A stretch of DNA of 63,992 bases, the filler included, from Diploschistes diacapsis (taxonomy: Eukaryota): assembly GCA_023645945.1 (NCBI GenBank). It is 7 parts of 7 records of this genome, joined end to end, with 100 filler letters (N's around TTAATTAATTAA, not from the genome) between each part and the next. Parts side by side here need not be neighbours in the genome. Positions count along the whole stretch, not along the records: positions 25,405 to 27,990 come from JALAIB010002149.1; positions 28,091 to 53,273 come from JALAIB010000215.1; 5 more parts are not named here. One strand, given 5' to 3'. Under the pieces are notes generated by a model, which was given only the letters and a program-made list of their open reading frames with translations, searched no databases and had not been told where the DNA came from. Below, one piece after another: positions 25,986 through 37,182 of this stretch (position 1 is the stretch's first letter; every line of letters starts with the position of its first letter). The position numbers and the translations under genes were made by a program.

Positions 25986-27611
25986 CTACAACCGGTCCTT
26001 GAATGTCTCTTCACTCCCCAGCTCCTCTTCCGCGTCCTCCTCTCTACTCTCGTGCTCATGCTTCGTCGCTTTCCCACTCTTTCCACCCCTAGCAACCGTC
26101 TCATGTTTCTCCTGTTTCTCCGTCTTCTCCTCTCCCAAGACCGCACCCTCTTGCTGCCGCTCGTCCTCCTCCTCCTCTACGATCCCCCTCAGCTCCCTGA
26201 TCCCGCCCGGCGTATCCACGACCTCCAACTGCCACGGCCTATTCCCCGACAGCTTTTGGATCTCCGCCTGCATCTCGTTCACAATCGCCGGACTGAGCTC
26301 CATCTCTCTCAGCTGCTCGTCCTTCATCCTCTGTACCTTCCCCTCGTTCTCGCTGGGCGACCACTTGGCCACGACCTCGCCCGGGGAGTCCACAGGGTGG
26401 AAGACCTTGGGCGCGTCGATGCGCTTGCCGTCATTGCCGACCGTCTTCATGCCCCCGACCTCGATCCCGCCGACAACGGGCCGGCTGGAGTCCGCCGATT
26501 CGCTCTTCGACCCGACGAGCTTGCGCTCTACCTCGGCGGCCTTTTTGGCGCGCCAGGAGTCGAGGTATTCTGGGCTGACGATCTCCTTGCACACGATCTT
26601 CTGTGCCTCGTTCTCTTTGGGTGGTTGGAAGGCTACGTCGTTGCACAGGCGCGGCGTGTAGACGACCATGACGTACGAGCAGGTCGATACCTCTTTGATC
26701 CAGCCTATGCGGTCCGAGCTCTGCGGGTGGCAGTGGAATTGGACTTCGATCTTCCGTGGTCGGCCAGTGATGTCGCACGTGGTGCCGTCGGTAAGCTTCT
26801 GCACCATATAGCGCATATCGCCCTTCGTCTGCACCTGCGTAAGCTCGGTCGTGCCTCTGGCGCTTCTGTCTTGCACGCTCCGCGCTCTGGTGGGTGGGTC
26901 GACCTGCTTCTTCGACGATCTCTTTGAAGGCACGAACTGGCCTAGGACGAACGACGGAACCGTGCCGTCTTCTGTGGGAGGATAGATGGGGATCCCGCCT
27001 TGTCCCGGCGGCAACGCATGGAACTGTTTGACTTCTTTCTGGTAACAGAACGAGTACGACCACCATCCAGAGACAAAGTACATGCAATTTCCTTCTAATT
27101 CTTTCAACAGCTCCCACCCCTTGTCCGTAGCCCGCGCCAGCTCCTTGGCTTCGTCGTCTTTGCTTTTCTGCGCTTCTGTCCTGTTATTCGATGCTTCGGC
27201 TAACGGGAGGGAGCACAGATAAGGGGAGGAGTCGAGCATCATATACTCGTATGTCTCGGGTTTCTCAAGCTTGAAGTCGTCAGCAATGCGGCTCGAGGTA
27301 TCGCCAGACTCATGATCAAGGGTCGAGAGTTCTCCGGAGGTTGTCGAGGGGTCTGCAGTGGTAATGCCCGTAGCTTTGGCACGGGCAGAGGAGTATGAAG
27401 ATGCAAAGGCTAACGAGGATTCGGCGTCACTATCGAGGATATATGAATCGGAGAAGATAACCTCATACTGCAGCCTTTAGTTAGCGTATACCTGCTGGGA
27501 AGTAGTATCACCAACCTGAGGAAAGGCTAGTAGGTCGTCGTTGACGCTGAATGCCTTCGCGTGAGTTTTCGCAAGGCCAGCGGCTGCTAGCAGGAGTGCC
27601 TCCCGCCTCAT
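25986..27611 (-). CDS. YOS9: ERAD lectin OS-9/Yos9 (MRH domain); one intron
   Basis: Signal peptide then FSVNDDLLAFPQ|YEVIFS, CMYFVSGWWSYSFCY, GTTCDITGRPRKIEVQFHC, C-terminal KDRL. Confidence 0.92.
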
Positions 27612-27831
27612 TTTCGACTGTAGAGCATGCTCATATAATCGCAAAGGATAATGCTCTTGGAGACAGCTTGATTTCTAAAGGATATCCGGCCAGAATGCGG
27701 CGAAATCGCGTTCCGATTGGCCAGAATGAGCAGCGTTGAAGACGTAATATTACGCAAGCTTGTCACAAAACATGTTCGGAATATTACGATGGAAGGCTGC
27801 AATGGACCAAAAACGCGTGTGGTCTCGCGTA

Positions 27832-27990
27832 GAATCGTGACCCTAGTACCCGAACAGACCCTAGTAACCGAACACGTGATACAATAACAAAACTACAATA
27901 ATAAATATTTAAAGTAAAATATTTCCAAAAGTAATTAATTTGAAGCCTTATAAATCGAATAATAACTATATCTAACCCTATAGATTTATC
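27832..27990. mobile_element. pogo/Fot1-type transposon terminus with 18-bp tandem repeat
   Basis: TA|GAATCGT then GACCCTAGTACCCGAACA and GACCCTAGTAACCGAACA; homologous to 61154-61295 and to the TIR at 24405. Confidence 0.7.
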
Positions 27991-28187
27991 NNNNNNNNNN
28001 NNNNNNNNNNNNNNNNNNNNNNNNNNNNNNNNNNTTAATTAATTAANNNNNNNNNNNNNNNNNNNNNNNNNNNNNNNNNNNNNNNNNNNNGAGAAAGGGG
28101 GCGGAAAGTGAGGTGGGGGAAACCAGCAGGCTGGGGTTGACTGTATTGTATCATTGGGTGCTTTGGAGAGGAGGGTGGGTGCAGCAA

Positions 28188-28278
28188 TTCAAGGCAATCT
28201 ACACTTCAAGGCAAATGATTCAAGGCAAAATACACTTTTGAAGGCAAAGTGGTGTGCAGCAAAGCTCCTTCAAGGCAA
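28188..28278. repeat. Dispersed decamer repeat TTCAAGGCAA (4 exact + 1 variant)
   Basis: Copies at 28188, 28205, 28219, 28269; TTGAAGGCAA at 28238. Confidence 0.7.
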
Positions 28279-28439
28279 AGCAATTGAGGACAACCATACT
28301 TGAGAGCGCTGGACATGCATTTGCTTCCTCGTGCATCTCCAAGGTAGCCGGATCTTCCTACTTCCTCGGATTGGTGCGCTTTGTTCTGGTCAGACGCAAT
28401 ACTTGCTGATGCTCAGATTGTGCATGGGCGAACATGAAA

Positions 28440-31050
28440 GCTGACCCAGTGGCTTTTTGACTTCTTTAACTAACGCGGTTGAACGATTGATCCGACATGG
28501 GTCCGATTTGGTAGTACCTACTACCTTAGATGACTTTGCATCTGTCTGGCAAAGCTGGAAGGAGCGAAGATACCTCCAACAGCAGATCCAAGCATTTAAT
28601 ACTCATCCTGGCCCCTATTCTGAGCATGCGAATCTTTTCCGTCAACGGCAGCAGCGATGGAAGAGGTCAACAAGGTTAACACCTTCTTAGATGCCTTCGA
28701 GGTGAGATTAGATGTGCCATTCAATGGACTATCAAGACCTAAGTCTGATAACAGGGTGTTGCGCTATGGGAGCAAGGACCTATCGTTGAGAAGCATTTTC
28801 AATATGCTTTGTATCATCCAAGCGCGGAGGCTATCTCTTTAATGCTCTGCGATATTCTAAACAAACTCCTTCTTACTTTATGCTTCAATGTCCCGTTGTG
28901 GGAGCTAAAGCCGGAGCCGTCGCGGTGGAAGGTACAGAGACTACATACAGTAGGACTTCAACTATAACCCTTCCAATAAACGGAGGTAGAAAATCGTGCC
29001 TTTGGACGATATCGAAGGGTGGGCCAGGCCGGGAACACTAACAGCACTCATGGTGTGTCCAGAATCTTAAGAAGGTCCAATGAGATAACAAGACTCTCAG
29101 GGTCCCAGAGGTGCAGGCAAGATCACCTTGTTAAACGGTTTAGCCAACAGAATCTCCGTCGGTGTAGTTTGGGAGTAAAGCTGAGTGAGAACGGACTTCG
29201 GCCGAACGACAATATAGATGGAATGATTGGATATGCTCAGCAGCAGAATATTCATCTATCTACAGCTACCGTCAGGGAAGCCTTACGGCTCAGTGCACTG
29301 CTTCGACAACCTCATGAGTGTCCTGACGGTGAAATGCTGGCCTACATCGAGAAAGTAATTGAGATGTCAGAAATGAGAGACTTCGCTGACGCTATTATCG
29401 TATTCCGGGAGAAGGTAAGGATCATCTTTATCAACCGCGCTAATGCTGAGCGATCCAGGTCTAAATGTCGAGCAACATAAGCGGATTACGATTGGGGTGG
29501 AGCTTGCCGCAGAACCGCAATTCCTCCTCTTCTTAGACGAGCCTACTTCTGGGCTAGATAGCGATACAGCATGGTCAGTGTGCACCCTCCTACAAAGGCT
29601 TGCAAAACAGGGCCAGTCGATCCTTTACACTATACACTAACGTTCTGGAGTGCTGTTGGAGATGTTTTACTGTCTTCTATTGTTATCAAGGGAAGATCGC
29701 TTTTCTTTGATGAAATCGGAGCGCAATCGAAATCAGTGACTAGCTATTTTGAGAAGCAAGGTGCAAGATCTTGTGGAAAGAGCGAGAATCCCGCAAAATG
29801 GCTCCTGGAAGTCACAACAAGCACCAGCATAGATTGGGCTAAATTATGGCAAGAATCCAGCGAGAGACGCACCGTCGTCGACACTATGAAAAGAACAGAC
29901 TCGACAGTAACATCATCAAAATGCAGGCACTCCGATAGCTCTTCAAGGCCTTTTGTTACACTATTCATCAGACAGCTTCCTCCAGTCACCCAAAGGACGC
30001 TTAAGAACGACTGGTGTACTCCCAGCTATCTCTACAGCAAGTTCTTCCTGATCCTAGGAATGGGGAGTCTCCTGTGTTGAAGGCACATCCACCGTATAAT
30101 CTAACAATATATTAGGGCTTCTTCAATGGCTTCTCTTTCTATCAATCAGAGAATAGCTTGCAGGGAGTCCAGAATCAGCTGTTTTCGGTATTTATTCTGA
30201 TGACAGTATTCGGCAACATGGTACAGCTGATCTGCCCAATTCTTGGAGAATCGAGAAATCTATGAAGCACGGGAACAGCGATCTCATACATATTCTTGAG
30301 CTGTATCTGTGCTTTCAAATATCATAGCGGAGATACCATCGCAGACCGTCATGGCCGTTATACTGTTTATAGCCTGGTACTATCCCCCCTGGGCATGTAT
30401 CACAATGCGCTGGCCACGGACCAGCTGCATGCCAGAGGAGGGCTAATTTTTCTCCTCATTTGGTCATTCATGCTGTTCTGTTCAACCTTCTTCCAGACAG
30501 TAGCAACGATGATGCCCGACGCCGTTACTTGGGTCGATATCGCATCGCTCTTCTTTTCCCTGTCCCTCATTTTCTTCGGGCGAGCCCAGTTCTGCGTGTC
30601 CAGACTATGCTCAGCACGCGCTGACAACGCATCAGTGTTCTAGTAAGCCCATCAGCCTTACCGGGATTCTGGATCTTCATGTACAGGGTAACCCCAGCCA
30701 CCTACTTTGTGAGCGCTCTCACATCAACCGGCCTTAGTGGGAGCAGATATTGTCTGCTCTAGCGACGAGCTATTGACGTTAAGCCCGCCTCAAGACGAGA
30801 GTTGTGGCTCTTATCTGGCGGAATATACAAGCTTCGCTGGTGGCACTCTGCTCAACCCTGATGCAACGAATTATTGCAGCTTCTGTCCGGTTGCCTCCAC
30901 CGACGCTTTAATTGGAACGCTAGGAATAGACTTTCCCAACAGGTGAAGAGATTTTGGGGTATCGTTGTGCTATACTGTGATCAATTTGCTGAGGGCTCTT
31001 GCATTGTATTGGGCATTTCGAATAACCAAGGGGCCTAAGGGAGTAGGAAG
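28440..31050 (+). pseudogene. PDR/ABC-G multidrug transporter remnant
   Basis: [86 protein letters not shown]. Many stops and frameshifts; N-terminal half mostly absent. Confidence 0.88.
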
Positions 31051-31175
31051 GGAGGAATCTAATGCACCTTATTGGGTACGAGGCGGGGCAGTTGAGAGAG
31101 GATAAAAGCGCGTATGAACCTTGACTATATTTTCATGTACCGTTAGATGGGGGCAGACTATTGTACCCCTACGAT

Positions 31176-31230
31176 ATGATTGATTGTGCCAGCTGAAGCT
31201 GGATTACCCTAATATCCTTTTGTACACAAT
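31176..31230 (-). mobile_element. 3' tail shared with the SINE at 63157-63384
   Basis: Minus strand ATTGTGTACAAAAGGATATTAGGGTAATCCAGCTTCAGCTGGCACAATCAATCAT aligns with 63329-63381. Confidence 0.7.
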
Positions 31231-32155
31231 CATTCCACCTCTCGGAGCGATATCCATACTAGACAAGGGCACAAATTGCGAAAAACGGAAGACGAAAACT
31301 CTCCGCCACCATGGATCAACAGCTCCTTCCCGGAGGCCAGATAGGTCATCATAAAAAAACCATCTATACGTTCCATCAGCACATGGACATGGGGACACAC
31401 AACGCACAGCGATGTTCCGACTTTTTTTCTCCTCGCCCTACATATAACGCCCAAGGGAGGTCCGATCAGAACTTCCCCGTGAGGAGTTATCACACGCCGG
31501 GATCGATTCTTGGGGGCGTTGTTCAAATTAGCTGTTCTTGAATCGACTTCTATGGCCTTTTCAGTATCACCCGATCTTCTTCGTTGAAAAGTTTCTGGAA
31601 CCCAGTGGGAAAAAACAGTCACGACCGGTTGCAGAAAGGGTCTGTCTGGCCAGAGCGGGAGAGGCTCTTGGTCCTTTTTTTTTCTTTTTTTTTTTTTTGA
31701 GTCTTCGCTCGTTTTCCCGGCGGAGGACGTTATCTTGCCTGGCTTGTTGGATCTAGCTCTTCTTGCTGTTCATAGAAGCAGAAGCAGAGCCACGGATACC
31801 CGTTTTGGGTTGCTCGGAACAAAACTTTGCCAGCGTAAGCTCTCGGCCTAGCTATGATATCACATACGGTATTCAAAAGCCAAAGTCGGGGTTGAGGCGA
31901 GGGAAGCAAAGAGTTCAGAAGATGCTTCGGGTCGATCAGAAAACAGGCTTAGAAAATTTACAAAAAGGTTCAAGTATCTCGGATTTGCTTTAATTATCTC
32001 TCAAGGCTAAAGCAGTTGTAAAACTTATATCACGCGAGAAAATGCAATGTTGCTTGTATTTAAATCACTGCAGTTTCCCTTGCCCTCGGATGGACGTCCC
32101 AATGCCTTTCATTTGAGCTCCGGCACTCTTAGCCAGGTCGATCCTTTCCTCTGCG

Positions 32156-33319
32156 TCAAATGAAATCGCATTCGTATTCATCAGAGTGGTTCTTGGCACT
32201 CACCTTCCTGGAGCTCCAGGTTCGTGGGCTCAGGATGTGATACACCAATCGCCTACTGCAGGTGCGCAGCTTGTAGAATAATGTTGGCAGGCGCTCAGCA
32301 TCTCCACGGTGCTCGCCGCCGTTGCCATGTTGGGCGACGAAGAGCGCGCGGAAAGCAGTCATCCCCGTCATCATGACACCGACCTCTGCAGCAATAAGGC
32401 TCCAATATTCTTCCCATACAGGATCGATCTGTCCTTCCGGGCTTCTCAGACCCGAAACACGGATAATTGTAGCAGTGATAACCAGTACTGTAAGGCAAAA
32501 AGTACCCGTTAGCGCTGCTTTTTGTGACCAATTAACCTGAATCTTCCAGATAAGTACTATTGGAATCACGACAACTATCACAAAGTTAACAATACATACT
32601 TGAGTCTGTATTGGATCTTACTCAAAGTATCTCCCACAATGTCTAGAATGTTACCCGCTAGTGCATAAGCGAATATTCTTTCAGAGCCAGCACGTGTCGT
32701 ACAGATTGCTTGACGTCTTTAGTTTCGGATCACAAGGTATGTGGAAGGATCCGACACACGTACCCATTTCAAGTGAATAAAAATAAGGGCATGCGAGATA
32801 ATAAGTAGCCAGCCCAAAGCCAATGCCGGCCAAGTTGAAAACAAGTACAGTCCGCCAATATAGGACGATGCCGGGTAGGCGGTCGATCAACCGTCGAAAA
32901 AGAACGAGATAGCTCAACTTCACGGATGCAACGGCAGTCCACGAGAGCATGAGGGCGACAGTGTTCATCTTGTGATAATCGTTCACCTCCTGAATGACAT
33001 CTGAATTTGGAGGCACTGGTAACCCAACTGTTTTTGCTTCCGACAGATACATATCGTCAATAGTTGTGAATAATACTCCGACGGCAGAAGTGAGGCAGGC
33101 GAGCGCGAACAGAAGAAATGCATCGTCCCAGGAGAATTGCCTCTGGATACGGATACGAATCCAGAATCGAACACAGGCACAGATTACGCAGGCAGCGAAC
33201 AACACTGCTATAGAGATCTTTGGTCATCAGCTCCATCTTTTGGGAATCTTGTAATAGCGGGACAGGAGTACCGTAAAGGCTGGCTGGCTAATCCGACCGG
33301 CACTGCTGTATGCTGACAT
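32156..33319 (-). CDS. PTH11-like rhodopsin-domain integral membrane protein; 3 introns
   Basis: RFWIRIRIQRQFSWDDAFLLFA, WTAVASVKLSYLVLFRRLI, DIVGDTLIVVIPIVLIWKIQVNWSQK, EVGVMM. Confidence 0.85.
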
Positions 33320-35025
33320 CTTGCTTGAAGTTGAAGAAGACACTAAGTAGACATAATGCAGGAGAATTTCTGTATTAGGAGACAAGATAAAGAAGCTGTT
33401 CAAATCCAGCTAGTCAACCGATGGGCACGAAGGAAGGGGGGGGGGGGAATTAGTCTTGATATAGAGGCAAAACAGAACAAGCTCGTCCTTCCATTTTCGA
33501 TGTTCAGGCCCAAGTCGAACACCACTCACCACTACTATACGGCTCTTACCGTCGGCATATCCGCGGTAGATTATATGGTTACGGGGTGCAGCATTTTGAT
33601 ACAAACTCACTGCACCTTAGCCGCACACATGCGCCGTACTAACTTTATTTGCTCGTTTCCACCTCCGAAAGCCGTGAATAGTATATGAGTTCATGCAGCA
33701 TATATCTGCTGCTGTTGAGAGAGTCACGCATTGGGCGCGACGCTCAATGGCTCACCTCAGACTCTTGTTTTCTCATAGGGTCGCCTATCTTACATGTCCT
33801 TTGCGGCGTGGATGCTTCCCTTTCGTCTTCTGTTCCACGTGCCTGCATAAACAGTGCTGCCAGCTATCTTATTGTGTAGCTCCAACATGCCCGGGTGCTC
33901 TCTGTCGGCTACCAGAAAGGAGGATTGCCGGTTATACCTAATCATGCTCTTTGGTTTAGTCACTTGCTCTACTTTGGCCGAAAATACTTTATCGAAAAGA
34001 GGTGCTTCCACCTGGAAGGACTTTAAGACGAAGTCCCCTAGTATGGCCTCATGGTGCACAAACTCCCAATAACCACCCAGTGAAGATCTTAAGATCCTGC
34101 ATGATTGTATGCCGCTGCAGGAGCGCGCGGTGTTGTCTGCACCTACCTTTCTATTGATTCGCCAGGGGACGAATGCGGCGGCGTTGAGTGCTGTTTCCCC
34201 CCTTTTTAGATGCATTTGAAGTACTGCCACAAGTTCCCAGCCATCACACCCGCTCCCAGTCGAGTCACTTTTTTTCATCCAATCGGAGCACATTTCACTC
34301 ACAACACTCCAAGAATATCAATCCCCAATGCCTGCTGGAAGAACTACTGCCTAGCAGCACGTGATTGACGGCGTCAGTAAAGATAGTTAGTATTAGTAGC
34401 CACTAGCGCCGATATAGCTTGGTGGCGCCAGCGGCGGAAGTCACCGACGGGCGGCAGAATGTACCGGCGTTAGTAGAGGTAACAGCGCCAGATATACCAG
34501 TCTTATATAAGCAAAAAGTCACGTGTTTCCTTCGGTGGCCATCAATTAGCGCCAAGTTCAATTTAGGTAAACTGTGTCTGCCCAGAGCCAACGGCGTGTT
34601 GTGGCTGATATCAGCTTGATTGAGCCAGCAGGGCCTACCTAGGGCTGACTTAGCCTCAAGAGCCAGTCACTCCTTGCCGCTGACTAAGAATACTTTGCAC
34701 AGAAAAAAGCCTCGAGGCAGCTTCAGATAACTCAGGCTTATGATCTACAGCATCCTCAAAGCTGTTGTCTGGGCATAAAAGTGGTGAAAGAGGTGTTTAA
34801 TATATATATCTTTAATAAGGATATACGGATATACCTCAGTCGCATCTATATGCTGTTCCTTGCCTGAACGTGAATGCCACGGACAAGGCTCAGTACAGCA
34901 GTACAGCCTATGTTGAACACAACCTTTGCTCTCACTTTCTTGATTTACCGTCCTTTTGTTACCATCTCCCAGGTTATTCACGGCGGGTATGCTTGCTGCT
35001 TTCTCTTATCAATATTTCCTTCGTG

Positions 35026-36737
35026 ATGGCGTCGTGGGAAGGGCAACTTCTGCCTGGTTTTGTACTTCTCGTAGCTGGCGTTGCCAGTTACCTCTTCCTG
35101 CAGCTTTACAATGCCCGCATGCTAGCTCGTAGCTACCAAAGACGAGGCTTGCCCGTTGCACCGAATCACAATTTCCTGTTCCGTCACTTACTCTATCTGA
35201 AGAGTCAAATTGACGCACTTCCTCCAAACGCACACTATCAGTATGCCTTCGGAGACATTGGTCGAAAACACTTCGTCAAAGAAGGATGCTTTTACCTCGA
35301 TGCCTGGCCTATCACAGGACTCATAATGGTGAATTTCTCTCCTCATGTTGCATTTCAAAGTCTCAACACCAGCGGCACCATCGCCGTGACGCGCCCGAGC
35401 CTACTTCCACGATTCTTTAAGCCAATTGCTGGTGGGCCCAACTTATTCGATCTCCGAGAGAATGAATGGCGTCCCTGGCGAGCGGTCTTCATCAAAGGCT
35501 TCAATACAGAGCAGGTTTCATCTCTTATCCCTGGCATGGTGAAGGAAACGCAGGTATATTGCAAAACCCTTGAACGACTGGCTGAGAAGGGCGAAACATT
35601 CTCCTTGGATGCAACCACTCTGCGACTTACTATGGATCTCATAGGAAAAACCATATTGTATGTCCAACTGCTGAGATTTAGAAGCACGCTAACATAGTCA
35701 AGAAACACTTCCCTCCGTGCACAAGAAGGCTACAATGCTCTAGCTGACTGCATGCTTAATCAAATCCGATGGCATCAAGCCAATGCACAGACGAATCCCT
35801 TCTCATACTTTAACTTTGTGCGCTGGTACATCCATTGGTCCAACGGGAGAAACATGGACCAGTACTGTGGGAAACCTCCTGGATCGCAGGTACGCCGAGA
35901 TTAGAGCAGACTACATGAGCGGCAACGAATCAAGGAGCAAGTCTGTTATTGACCTTATATTGCAAGCCTATGCCACCAACAAGGTGGGAGGTCAGATGCC
36001 TTAAAGTTCTCGATAGCGAGTTTCGAACGTTCGCCATCCGCCAAATCCGTCTCTTCGTTTTTGTGGGTCATGACTCGACCAGCAGCACGATCTGCTACAT
36101 CGTCCACCTTCTCTTCAGCAACCAGGAGAAGCTCCACCTGCTCCGCGCGGAGCTAAATTCCGTCTTCGGTACCACAGGTGACACTGCCTCCAAGATTGTT
36201 GAACAACAGTACCTGCTCAACCGGCTACCTTACACCACTGCCGTCATCAAGGAATCGCTCCGCCTCTTCCCACCAGCGAGTGCTAGTCGTGAGGGCCAAA
36301 AAGGCGTCGAGGTGGTCAATGACGCTGGGCAATCCTGCCCGACCGAGGGCGCCTTTATCCTGACGATCCACACCGAACTTCAACGCGCCGCCAAATACTG
36401 GCCAAAGCCTGATGAATTCATCCCAGAGCGCTTCATCGTTGAGCCCGGACATGAGCTTCGTCCGTTGGATAATGCATGGCGGCCCTTCGAAAAGGGACCG
36501 AGAAATTGCATGGCAGAGGGACTGGTCATGACGGAGCTGAAGATCGTATTAGCGATTGTTCTAAGCCGTTTTGACTTTGCGGACGCATATGAGAAGTTTG
36601 ATCGGTTGCAGGGGCCCAAGAAGAAAGCGAAGAGGACGTGCGGGGGCTTGAGGGCGTATCAGATCGAAGAGGGAGCAGCACATCCTGTAGATGGGTACCC
36701 TTGCAAGGTTTCTTTAAGGGGTGGAAAGGCTGCATGA
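35026..36737 (+). pseudogene. Cytochrome P450 (StcS/VerA-like) with two +1 frameshifts
   Basis: FVGHDSTS, KESLRLFPP, PERF, PFEKGPRNCMA. Intron ~35658-35702; extra T near 35866 and near 36001 break the frame. Confidence 0.75.
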
Positions 36738-37072
36738 TCAGAGCGATCCGAGCGAACCATCTGTTGGTGCAGCCATTGTCCATCCCTTGACTGATAGATA
36801 ATACATGCTTGAAAAACTGATACCACGCTCTATCGAAGTGTGATTGCTGAATCGGAAGGGGCAGATGGTGCAACCTACTAAAACGCGCGATGCCGGCCAT
36901 GGCTTGATGAGTCACCTTCAGACGACGATATGTAAAGCTACACAGTTTCCGAACGATGTTTCTTTATCTTGTGAGTCATTGTGACAAGCCGAAGCTGTAC
37001 GTTCTCGTAAACCCAATCCCCTATCGCTTCCGAGCCCCAATCTTTCAATGCTGGGCAGAACGTTCACTCATG

Positions 37073-37109
37073 GCGCGTCTACTGTACAGTAAGCGCGTCG
37101 GGGACGCGT
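37073..37109. promoter_or_regulatory. MCB-like cell-cycle boxes (GCGCGT x2, ACGCGT)
   Basis: Three CGCGT cores ~75-110 bp upstream of the ORC3 ATG. Confidence 0.55.
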
Positions 37110-37182
37110 GACCCAATACCGATTAGGGAAGGCCGGTTGGATAATTCTACTTGCTGCGGTCTATACGCTTCAAGCACCGAAG

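Noticed and set aside
25776..27117. Long overlapping ORFs (383, 220, 228 aa) over YOS9
   Set aside because: Shadow ORFs from GC-rich codon usage; no motifs
27839..27874. CRISPR-like direct repeats (also 58798-58831)
   Set aside because: Two adjacent copies without spacers in a eukaryote; explained as pogo TIR sub-repeats
20301..36737. Large transporter/P450 secondary-metabolite cluster or Starship cargo
   Set aside because: Spans two artificial linkers; no PKS, NRPS, terpene synthase or tyrosine-recombinase captain gene visible
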